64,000 nt of DNA, from NCBI GenBank assembly GCA_049325535.1, contig JBMOKY010000001.1, positions 877,942-941,941 on the forward strand. Direction: 5' to 3'. The position numbers and the translations under genes are program-made. The notes under the pieces were generated by a model. The model saw only the letters and a list, made by a program, of their open reading frames with translations. It was not told where the DNA came from and made no database searches. The DNA is from Patescibacteria group bacterium (GTDB lineage: Bacteria; Patescibacteriota; Patescibacteriia; UBA10025; JAHIVO01). Positions 55,857 to 64,000 of the stretch are shown here, in pieces. Positions within the stretch are counted from its first letter, which is position 1; every line of letters begins with the position of its first letter.

Positions 55857-56747
55857 ATGCATACCCGTGCCTCACGAACGCCTATCGGCATCCTCATATA
55901 CACCCATGATCGAGTGGAGGATGCCCGGATTAATATGGATATCATCCGGAGTCTCTGGCACCATGCTGGGTTATTTTCGAATGTACGGATCGTCCACGCA
56001 TACAATGGGAAACGCAGCTGGTATCCCGAAAAATACCGGGAGGATATCGTGGTGAGAATAAAAAATACTGACCACTACCGTGGAGCGGCTGAACTCATCG
56101 ACGCAGGATGGTACGCGGTACGGCGGCACTATCCCGGCATCCGATACCTGGTGATTCTCGCGGCGGACACGTGGTGCATCAAACCCGCCTTTATCCGATC
56201 GATAATTGACCGAATGCAGCGCCAGCAAACGGTTTGGGCTACCTGCCCCTGGGGTCTGCCCGGCCGCTTCCGAGAAACCAATGTAGGCATGGCCACTGAT
56301 TTTCACATCGTGGACGTGGCCTGGGCAAACCGTTATGGATTTCTCCCGCTCCGGTACCGACAATTCTGGAATCAGTACCACGAAATAGTTTCATACCTCA
56401 GGCCCGGTGCCAATGTGTCAGTTGAAAAGCTGGCGCTGGCCCGATTTCACGATGCCTGCTTTCGTGAACACGGTGATGCCATTCACCGCAAAGAACAGGC
56501 TCGTCGTCGCACGCAGCTGATTACCGAACGCATGCCCGTACACTCCGGAAAAGACCGCCGAGGGTACTGGATTCGTTCCTGGTACTGGCCGCGCATCGGA
56601 CTGGTGACGCACCACCAACCAGGACCAAAACGAGTAATTCTCCGCCGCACAAAAAATATCTCTGGCTACGCGGTTGAAAAGCTCTTGCATGCCAAACGCC
56701 TCGACTACTACCAGACGTTTGCTACGACGAGGCAGTCATATGATTAG
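55857..56747 (+). CDS. Hypothetical basic protein, possibly GT-A glycosyltransferase-like
   Basis: 296-aa ORF with TATAGT upstream; IGILIYTHDR...YLVILAADTW weakly resembles GT2 topology. Confidence 0.5.
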   Translation: MHTRASRTPIGILIYTHDRVEDARINMDIIRSLWHHAGLFSNVRIVHAYNGKRSWYPEKYREDIVVRIKNTDHYRGAAELIDAGWYAVRRHYPGIRYLVILAADTWCIKPAFIRSIIDRMQRQQTVWATCPWGLPGRFRETNVGMATDFHIVDVAWANRYGFLPLRYRQFWNQYHEIVSYLRPGANVSVEKLALARFHDACFREHGDAIHRKEQARRRTQLITERMPVHSGKDRRGYWIRSWYWPRIGLVTHHQPGPKRVILRRTKNISGYAVEKLLHAKRLDYYQTFATTRQSYD

Positions 56748-57259
56748 GATGAGTAACGCGACGCCGTCTCGCCCAAAACACGATCGCCACGGCAATAAAC
56801 AGCAATGAAAGCCACTGTGACACGAGTAATGGGCCGACGTGCAGCATGCCCAGGCGGAGAAAATCTAAAAAAAATCGAACGCTTGGAAACAGCAAAAAAT
56901 ACAACAATACGTATTCGCCGGTACGAAGCGATTGCCGCCAGTACAGGAAAAACAACACACCGAACACGACCGCCATCAGCAGTGACTCGTAGAGAAAAAG
57001 CGGATGGAAATGGGTTGCGGTGACGTACCCCGGCAGGCGGTACGCTGGCTCTATCGGGATCGCCCAGGCCACGTCCGTCGGCCCACCATATAATTCTTGA
57101 TTAAAATAATTCCCCCACCGACCGATTGCCTGGGCTAGCGGAGCGGCCACCGCCAATATGTCCGCGATGCCCCAAAAAGCAAGCCGGTGGCGCCGCGTAT
57201 ACCACCAGAGCGTCAATATGTCGGCGATGAGTACCCCCTGGATGGCGATGCCGCCCCGC
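56722..57259 (-). pseudogene. lgt: Orphan 3' two-thirds of an lgt gene (no start or N-terminus)
   Basis: 57062-57259 identical to 59070-59267; distal part is a diverged in-frame Lgt C-terminus; sequence above 57259 is unrelated to Lgt. Confidence 0.85.
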
Positions 57260-57425
57260 AGAAAAGAATCAAGAGTTTTTCTGATCGCCAGAGGCGGATC
57301 CGCTGTAGGAGAAAAAATAGGTTCTAATTTGGTTGTAAAGCAATACCAACGCAAACTTAAGTCGGCTTTTTTCGGCGTGACTAAAATACACACCCTGCAA
57401 TCAGTATAAACAGAATACAAATCGC

Positions 57426-58049
57426 CTATTTGCTATCCGCAACTACCTGTTCAAGTTTATTCTGATAACTATCAAGGCTAGTTTCAACGGCACCATCTTC
57501 ATGATTGATTCCGCGCACAACTCCATTCTCTATTGATAACTTGCCGAATGAGCCGTAATTAACATAGTATTCACCGACGATGCCTTCTTGATCTACCTGA
57601 CCAAGAAACAAAATGACACTTTCTGACTCCTCAAACGATGGAATATTCATACCCCAATACCACGCCTCCTCCGTTTCCCCTCCCTCAACTGCCACCGTTA
57701 TCTCCTTTCCGACCTTTATGTTTTCATTACTTTTATAGATTTTCTCCAATTTCAGGACAACAGAATGATACACTTCGCCTTGCGCTGTCTTATACGGTTT
57801 TTCAATTTTCTGGACTTGGCCTTGCACGATAATATCCGCTTGAGTAGCAATATTTGTAGTACTCGGATCGTTGGGTAAAAGACCGCTGATTTCAACCGAT
57901 GTTTTTCCTAAAAAATCAGTAGGTATGCGCTGCTGTAGATATGAATTAATTTCCTCTGCGTTTTCCTTTTGATCTAATTTCCACCAAATACCAACGCCGA
58001 TGAATAATATGATAAGGAACAATGGAATTACTAAATATTTTTTATTCAT
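57426..58049 (-). CDS. Hypothetical N-terminally anchored protein
   Basis: 207-aa AT-rich ORF with N-terminal TM; ADIIVQGQV...GG...VILFL pattern. Confidence 0.7.
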   Translation of the reverse strand: MNKKYLVIPLFLIILFIGVGIWWKLDQKENAEEINSYLQQRIPTDFLGKTSVEISGLLPNDPSTTNIATQADIIVQGQVQKIEKPYKTAQGEVYHSVVLKLEKIYKSNENIKVGKEITVAVEGGETEEAWYWGMNIPSFEESESVILFLGQVDQEGIVGEYYVNYGSFGKLSIENGVVRGINHEDGAVETSLDSYQNKLEQVVADSK

Positions 58050-58082
58050 ATATTATTTCTGTTACTTATAAAGTCAATCAAG

Positions 58083-58664
58083 CTAATAAATATAGTTAAT
58101 CCCATTAATATCGTCTCCTGCTAAAGTCCGCTTCCGAGTTTCACCCTCATAAGTAGTATAATACATGGTATCAAAAAAATCCCAATCGTTATACTGATCC
58201 CCAAGAACCAACCAGTGGCCAAACTCATGCGTAGTAACATTCCTGACATCATACATATCAGGCTCTCCACAGCACCCCCAGTCATATTTTGTATTAATAA
58301 TTAAGTCAACCTCAGTCAGAACTGAACCAGATCGACTTACAATATAAGTCTTTGCAACATCATCAAAGCTGCGATAATATCTCGAAACAGTATTCTTTCC
58401 ATCTCCCATATATAGAACATTATTCCCTTTAAACACAAACCGAAATGGTGACCCCGCAAAGCTCCAGGTGTCACCAGGAGCTGTTATTAAATTTGGATCC
58501 CAGCCAGCGATGTCATTATAGAATTCAGCCCTCGCGCCGCTCCAATAATAGCCGCCGTAGGTATAGGCCTCCCCGTCACCTGCTGGCACAAGAATAACAC
58601 CCAGTAAAACTAATATCGGCAACAAAAAAATCAACAATATACCTCTGCTTGAGATTTGTCGCAT
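58083..58664 (-). CDS. Secreted matrixin-like (metzincin) metalloprotease
   Basis: Signal peptide, THEFGHWLVLGD zinc motif, Met-turn TMY, DDINGI..IY end. Confidence 0.8.
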   Translation of the reverse strand: MRQISSRGILLIFLLPILVLLGVILVPAGDGEAYTYGGYYWSGARAEFYNDIAGWDPNLITAPGDTWSFAGSPFRFVFKGNNVLYMGDGKNTVSRYYRSFDDVAKTYIVSRSGSVLTEVDLIINTKYDWGCCGEPDMYDVRNVTTHEFGHWLVLGDQYNDWDFFDTMYYTTYEGETRKRTLAGDDINGINYIY

Positions 58665-58750
58665 ATATATTGATATATCAACTTAATAATAGCCCATTCC
58701 TGTAAAAAAAAATAATGACGACTTATCCACAGAGCTCATTACTAAATTAA

Positions 58751-59539
58751 TTAACCCTTACGCCTACTGCGACGGTACCACCACAATCCGATTGCACCAA
58801 TAATAAATGCAATACTAATCCACTGCGACAAGAGCAGCGGGCCCACCGCCAACATATCAATCCTCAGGAAATCCAACGAAAACCGAACCACGGGAAATAG
58901 CATAAAGTACAACAAGGTATATTCACCAGGTCGTAATGCTTGTTTGCAATATAACACATACATAACAATAAACAACTCCAGCATCAAGAGTGACTCATAG
59001 AGAAACAGCGGATGAAAATGGGTTGCGGCGGCGTACCCCGATAGGCGGTATGCTGGCTCTATCGGGATGGCCCAGGCCACGTCCGTCGGCCCACCATATA
59101 ATTCTTGATTAAAATAATTCCCCCACCGACCGATTGCCTGGGCTAGCGGAGCGGCCACCGCCAATATGTCCGCGATGCCCCAAAAAGCAAGCCGGTGGCG
59201 CCGCGTATACCACCAGAGCGTCAATATGTCGGCGATGAGTACCCCCTGGATGGCGATGCCGCCCCGCCAAAGCGCGGGGATCGCCCCTGGATTGGAACTG
59301 TAATATGACCATTCACCGATGATATGGCCGATGCGCCCACCAATCACACCAAAAACCAACAGCCAAAACAAGAGGCCATACATGTAGTCAAGCGATACAC
59401 CGCGTCGCACGAACCAGAACCGCGCCACCGCTAGTGCGGCCAGAACAGCGCCCGCGATGATAATTCCATACCAGGACAAGGTAAAAAACCCCAACTGAAA
59501 CGCCACGGCGGAAGGGCTAAACGTATGCCACCAATCCAT
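58751..59539 (-). CDS. lgt: Prolipoprotein diacylglyceryl transferase
   Basis: WYG, IGGRIGH, QAIGRWGNYFNQELYG, HPLFLYES, RF..DFLR. Confidence 0.92.
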   Translation of the reverse strand: MDWWHTFSPSAVAFQLGFFTLSWYGIIIAGAVLAALAVARFWFVRRGVSLDYMYGLLFWLLVFGVIGGRIGHIIGEWSYYSSNPGAIPALWRGGIAIQGVLIADILTLWWYTRRHRLAFWGIADILAVAAPLAQAIGRWGNYFNQELYGGPTDVAWAIPIEPAYRLSGYAAATHFHPLFLYESLLMLELFIVMYVLYCKQALRPGEYTLLYFMLFPVVRFSLDFLRIDMLAVGPLLLSQWISIAFIIGAIGLWWYRRSRRKG

Positions 59540-59560
59540 ATGGTACGCGCCCGTCTGCCG

Positions 59561-60313
59561 CTAGAGCAGGCTGTCGATCATGGTCTGGAAGCTGCTGAAG
59601 GGAACCGCTCCAGAAACCAGCTGGCCATTGACAAACGTCGCCGGCGTCCCCTCCACGCCATAGGCTACCCCCGAATCAAATGAATCCTGAACTTTTTGCG
59701 CATACGTGCCCGTATCGAGACAGGTGTCAAATGTTGTTTGATTAAGCCCCAATTCACCGGCAGCCGATTTGAAACTATCCACGCTCAAAGAACCGGCGTC
59801 ATTCAGGGCAAAAAGTTTATCATGCATTTCCCAAAATTTACCCTGCGCCGCGGCACACTCTGATGCCTCAGCTGCTTTTTGAGCATTCTGGTGGAATGAC
59901 AATGGAAAATGACGGAAAATCACTCGCACCTGATCTGGATATGCGTCGAGGATCTGTTCGATTGTCGGCGTATGCCGAGAACAATACGGACACTCAAAAT
60001 CAGAATACTCCACGATGGTAATAGGCGCATCAGCCGCACCACGGATATGATCCTCGTCAGTGATGACAATATCCACCGGGGCCGGAGCGGCAGTATTGGT
60101 TCCCGCTTGGTCAGTATCATCTACGCCGGCAACGATGCCCACATTTGAATTTGTAGTTTTCGACGGAGCATCATCTCCACGGAGCGCCGCGAGCGTTACG
60201 CCAAATCCGATAGTGGACAGCACCGCGACACCAGCCAGGATGCCCATGGCAAAAGCAACCTTGGGAGAGGTCCGATACACGACACGTTCCGACATTCCTT
60301 GTTGATCGTTCAT
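59561..60313 (-). CDS. DsbA-family thiol-disulfide oxidoreductase, membrane anchored
   Basis: EYSDFECPYC, RHFPL, GTPATF. Confidence 0.92.
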   Translation of the reverse strand: MNDQQGMSERVVYRTSPKVAFAMGILAGVAVLSTIGFGVTLAALRGDDAPSKTTNSNVGIVAGVDDTDQAGTNTAAPAPVDIVITDEDHIRGAADAPITIVEYSDFECPYCSRHTPTIEQILDAYPDQVRVIFRHFPLSFHQNAQKAAEASECAAAQGKFWEMHDKLFALNDAGSLSVDSFKSAAGELGLNQTTFDTCLDTGTYAQKVQDSFDSGVAYGVEGTPATFVNGQLVSGAVPFSSFQTMIDSLL

Positions 60314-60456
60314 AATATTTCAATAATAGTAAGTGGAGATTAGATTGGTTAATTCTATCAGCCAGCCCCCGGCTGTCAAGCGTAGACTGCGTATCCCATT
60401 AACAAAATAACAATCATTCCTGATTGCATGATGCGGAGCGCCATATCAGTCGCCGA

Positions 60457-61137
60457 CTAATTGAGAACCTTCAGCTGGTCAATAATTTGCGCGAACTGAT
60501 CGTAGGTAATCGAGCCGGTGAACGGCCGACCATTGATGAAAAAAGTAGGCGTGCCAGTCACCCCCGCGGTCAGGCCATCGATAAAATCCTGCTCTACTTC
60601 AGCGGCAAACTGCCCCCCGTCCAAGCATTGATTAAATAGCTCCGTATCGAGTCCGATTTCATTGGCATATTCCTTCAGCGCGTCCACCGCCAAATTATCG
60701 TGATTCAGGAACATCTTATCATGCATCTCCCAAAACCTCCCCTGCGCTTGCGCGCACTCTCCCGCTTCAGCAGCTTTTCGCGCGTTCGGATGTGAACTGT
60801 CAATCGGGAAATCCCGATAGACAAAATAGATGTCTTGGCTGTAATTATCCAATAGCTGCCGAACTACCGGAAACGCCTGAAAACAGAACGGGCACTCAAA
60901 ATCAGCGAATTCAACTATCACAATTTTTGCCTGAGGATTGCCGCTCGACGGGTCGTCCTCCGTGGCAAATGTGGTAGTGCCGCCTTGGTTGCTGTTATTG
61001 ATAGAATCAACATTTTGCCGAACGAGCATGTAAAAATAAATCACCCCAATGACGAGGAGAATGGCGATGATGAGTATAATATAAAACCACCGTCGGTACG
61101 GGTTGCGGGAAATAGGTGATCCGGGTTGGATGGTCAT
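60457..61137 (-). CDS. DsbA-family thiol-disulfide oxidoreductase, membrane anchored
   Basis: EFADFECPFC, RDFPI, GTPTFF. Confidence 0.92.
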   Translation of the reverse strand: MTIQPGSPISRNPYRRWFYIILIIAILLVIGVIYFYMLVRQNVDSINNSNQGGTTTFATEDDPSSGNPQAKIVIVEFADFECPFCFQAFPVVRQLLDNYSQDIYFVYRDFPIDSSHPNARKAAEAGECAQAQGRFWEMHDKMFLNHDNLAVDALKEYANEIGLDTELFNQCLDGGQFAAEVEQDFIDGLTAGVTGTPTFFINGRPFTGSITYDQFAQIIDQLKVLN

Positions 61138-61173
61138 ACCCGTTTGATTGGCTCCGGTTAGCGTGCTGAAATT

Positions 61174-61383
61174 TTAGGGGACGAGCTGCGTTCCCTGATC
61201 ATCGTAGATCTCTATTGCCTGAGTCGGACAGGATCGCGCCGCATCCAGAATGGTCTGTTCATCGGCTCCGTTTGGATCGATCAATTTGACCTTACCCTCT
61301 TCATCCAGCTCAAATACCCCGGGAGCGATCGCCACACAGGTAGCGGCGGAAATACATTTATCTCGCTTGAGTTCGATTTTCAT
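61174..61383 (-). CDS. Single-cluster ferredoxin, probably [3Fe-4S]
   Basis: CISAATC...CPTQAI (second Cys replaced by Ala); start reset to ATG 61383. Confidence 0.85.
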   Translation of the reverse strand: MKIELKRDKCISAATCVAIAPGVFELDEEGKVKLIDPNGADEQTILDAARSCPTQAIEIYDDQGTQLVP

Positions 61384-61508
61384 ATGCTGGTGGGGTAAAA
61401 AAATTAGAAACGAATAATCGTACACCACCAGTATACCATGTTTTTACCCAAAAATCAACAGCGTAACATACGTTCGATGTGCGTAGTTCACCTGACGGAT
61501 AGCGCGAA

Positions 61509-62138
61509 TCATGCTGCCGCAGAAAATTTTTCGGCGACTTTTTTCCAATTGACCACCTGCCACCACGCTGCGATGTACTCAGGCCGACGGTTTTGATATG
61601 CTAAATAATACGCGTGTTCCCACACATCGAGCGCGAGAATCGGCGTGCGGCCGTCAGACAGCGGCGTGTCCTGATTGGATGTTTTTTCCACCTGGAGCGA
61701 CCCGTCCGCGGCCACCGTCAACCATGCCCACCCGGAACCAAACTGGGTGGTAGCCGCATCGGTAAATTGCTCCTGGAATTTAGAAAAACTACCAAATTTT
61801 TTTGCTATCGCGGTTGCCAAAGCGCCACTCGGTTCACCGCCAGCGTGCGGCCCCATTATCTCCCAAAACAGCGCATGGTTGACATGTCCGCCGCCGTTAT
61901 TTCGTACCGCGGTACGGATATCCACCGGTACCTGCTCGAGCGTACGGAGTAAATCTTCAGGGGCTCTATCAAAAAGTTCGGGATGCTGTTCCAGCGCCGC
62001 GTTCAGCTTGGTGGTATAGGCAACATGATGCTTGTCATGATGAATCTCCATCGTCTGTTTGTCGATCGCCGGTTCCAAGGCATCATAGGCATAGGGTAAT
62101 GCGGGGGTGCTATAGTGCTCTTTCATAATAAAAATCAT
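61509..62138 (-). CDS. sodA: Mn/Fe superoxide dismutase (alternative start 62126)
   Basis: [31 protein letters not shown]. Confidence 0.93.
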   Translation of the reverse strand: MIFIMKEHYSTPALPYAYDALEPAIDKQTMEIHHDKHHVAYTTKLNAALEQHPELFDRAPEDLLRTLEQVPVDIRTAVRNNGGGHVNHALFWEIMGPHAGGEPSGALATAIAKKFGSFSKFQEQFTDAATTQFGSGWAWLTVAADGSLQVEKTSNQDTPLSDGRTPILALDVWEHAYYLAYQNRRPEYIAAWWQVVNWKKVAEKFSAAA

Positions 62139-62189
62139 TACTGATTAGTGAATACACGGTACCAGGTCTCTATGCAATGGTCAAAACGT

Positions 62190-62570
62190 TCATTCGACTA
62201 TTTTTGCGATTTTGCCCCGCAGCGTCCGCAATGCCAATAAAGCACACTTCTTTCGAGCAGGCGTAACCGGGACACCCAAATCAGCAATAAACGCATCATC
62301 AGTATAGTGCGCTATTTCTTCCAGTGCCCTCCCTTTCACTTGTTCCGTCAGTACCGAGGCCCCTGCTTTAGTCAGGCTACAACCAGTTCCGGTAAATTTA
62401 ATATCCGTCAGTATCTTTTTCTTGAAATCAATTTGATACTGTAAGTCTACGTTATCACCGCACGAAGGATTGTCAGCCGAAGCAGTTCCGTCAGGTTTAT
62501 CCAGTGTGCCAAAATTACGCGGGTTCTTGGCGTGGTCGATGATAATTTCGCGATACATGTCGAATGTCAT
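62190..62570 (-). CDS. sufU: SufU/IscU-type Fe-S scaffold or sulfur acceptor
   Basis: IIDH..NPRN, NPSCGD, GC, RKKCALL. Confidence 0.85.
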   Translation of the reverse strand: MTFDMYREIIIDHAKNPRNFGTLDKPDGTASADNPSCGDNVDLQYQIDFKKKILTDIKFTGTGCSLTKAGASVLTEQVKGRALEEIAHYTDDAFIADLGVPVTPARKKCALLALRTLRGKIAKIVE

Positions 62571-63796
62571 ACGCCGAATAGTTTCAAGGCTTTATGTAGA
62601 CCGACAATCAATGCATCAATATCCTCGGTGGTATTGTACACGTAGATGCTGGCACGAGCCGTGGCCTCAAGCTCTAGTTTCTGATGCATAGGCTGGGCGC
62701 AGTGGTGACCGGCGCGGATGGCGATGCGCTGCTCGTCTAATATTGAAGCAAGGTCATGTGGGTGCACCTCCGGCAACGTGAAGGAAAATATTGCACCACG
62801 CTGTTCAGTCGTCGCCGGACCAATCAGCTGTAATCCCGGAATTTCTTTCAACCGCCGTAGACCGTAGTCCGTCAGTTGGTGTTCATGATCAGTAATCGCC
62901 TCCATACCCAATCTTTCTAAATAATCAATCGCTGCGGCCAGGCCAACGGCGCCGGCAATATGCGGTGTGCCAGCCTCAAATTTATAGGGCAATTCATTCC
63001 ATTTCGCTTCAGTAAACGTCACACGGGAAATCATATCCCCACCGGTGAGAAATGGCGGCATGGCTTCGAGCAACTCTTTGCGCCCGTACAATACACCCAT
63101 GCCTGAAGGCCCTAACATCTTATGAGATGAAAAAGCAAAGAAATCAGGCTGTATGATATTCATTGATACGGGCAGGTGCGGAGTACTCTGAGCGCCGTCA
63201 ATCAGAATAACAATATCTTTATTATACGTACGTATGGCACTGATAATATCCGATACTGGATTAATAGTGCCAAGTACATTGGACATATGGGTACAAGCGA
63301 CCAGCTTCGTTTTTGCAGATAATAACTTCGTTAGGTCAGCCAGATCTAATCGATATTCGGCTGTCACCGGCCACCACTTGAGGATGGCGCCCGTGCGCAG
63401 GGCAAGCTGCTGCCACGGTACGATATTGGCGTGGTGCTCCATTTCGGTAATGATGATCTCATCCCCTGATTTCAGATTGGCATTGCCCCAGGTATAAGCA
63501 ACTAAGTTAATACTCTCGGTGGCATTGCGCGTAAAAATTACCTCGGTGGGATCGGCGCCGATAAATCGTGCTACGGTCGCCCGGGACTGTTCGTAGGCTT
63601 CGGATGCCTTTTCTGATAATTTGTAAATGCCCCGGTGCACATTAGCATACGACGTGCTATAGAGGCTGCTCATGGCATCGATCACTGATTGCGGCTTCTG
63701 GCTGGACGCAGTCGAATCTAAATACACCAGTCCAGCATTGTCCGGGTGATAGAAAATCGGGAAATCTTTTTTGACGATCGCTGGATCAAAGCTCAT
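62567..63796 (-). CDS. sufS: SufS-type cysteine desulfurase
   Basis: YLDSTASSQKP, EHHAN, SSHKMLGP, IRAGHHCAQP. Confidence 0.95.
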   Translation of the reverse strand: MSFDPAIVKKDFPIFYHPDNAGLVYLDSTASSQKPQSVIDAMSSLYSTSYANVHRGIYKLSEKASEAYEQSRATVARFIGADPTEVIFTRNATESINLVAYTWGNANLKSGDEIIITEMEHHANIVPWQQLALRTGAILKWWPVTAEYRLDLADLTKLLSAKTKLVACTHMSNVLGTINPVSDIISAIRTYNKDIVILIDGAQSTPHLPVSMNIIQPDFFAFSSHKMLGPSGMGVLYGRKELLEAMPPFLTGGDMISRVTFTEAKWNELPYKFEAGTPHIAGAVGLAAAIDYLERLGMEAITDHEHQLTDYGLRRLKEIPGLQLIGPATTEQRGAIFSFTLPEVHPHDLASILDEQRIAIRAGHHCAQPMHQKLELEATARASIYVYNTTEDIDALIVGLHKALKLFGV

Positions 63797-64000
63797 AACG
63801 CTTTCATAAATGAGGTGAGTTGGGCTTGTTGGGCTTCAGGCGCGTTTGCCAATACTGGCTGAAAAAATCCCTGGATGATCATGTACCGCGCCTGCTGGTA
63901 GGATAGACCGCGCGACTGCAGATAAAATAATTGATCGCTATTGACTCGTCCGGTGGTCGACCCATGCGAGGCGCGGACATCGTCCGCCTCGATCTCCAGC
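63793..64000 (-). CDS. sufD: SufD/SufB family protein, 3' end (runs off window end)
   Basis: Manual translation LEIEADDVRASHGSTTG...QLFYLQSRGLS...MIIQGF; ATGA overlap with sufS. Confidence 0.8.
   Translation of the reverse strand, partial: LEIEADDVRASHGSTTGRVNSDQLFYLQSRGLSYQQARYMIIQGFFQPVLANAPEAQQAQLTSFMKAL

Larger units (their letters stand above)
57260..59267. mobile_element. Putative 2008-bp integrated cassette bounded by a 198-bp direct repeat within lgt
   Basis: Direct repeat with offset 2008; AT-rich cargo of two ORFs; no integrase or transposase. Confidence 0.55.

Noticed and set aside
57260-57420. N-terminus of the 232-aa ORF as a second full lgt
   Set aside because: No similarity to the Lgt N-terminus; an open frame running through the cassette junction
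58723-58731. DnaA box (TTATCCACA) as a replication origin
   Set aside because: Single box with no cluster; another lone copy lies inside ybeY, so chance is sufficient

Overview
A 64-kb chromosomal window from a bacterium that looks like Patescibacteria/CPR (Parcubacteria-like). This is inferred from few Shine-Dalgarno sites, many extended -10 promoters, pilin-fused giant proteins and cohesin-domain proteins. Housekeeping genes: ftsA (partial), dgkA-like, ybeY, yqeY, rpsU, hit, hisS, lepB, der, pth, pilM, mfd, dprA, topA, parAB, lgt, two dsbA, ferredoxin, sod, sufU/S/D and five tRNAs. Two large cell-surface loci are present: a pilin-headed 2730-aa protein operon, and a 4422-aa HTH-TM-adhesin followed by WxL-like, DUF916-like, dockerin and cohesin genes. 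The most unusual signal recurs three times: an intact tRNA gene is preceded by a partial tRNA copy interrupted by a short GC-rich palindrome. At tRNA-Leu this copy is paired with a stand-alone GIY-YIG nuclease. Nearby, a 2008-bp integrase-less cassette appears to have replaced the 3' end of lgt through a 198-bp duplication, with a related palindrome at its junction. All calls are by eye; no database searches were run.
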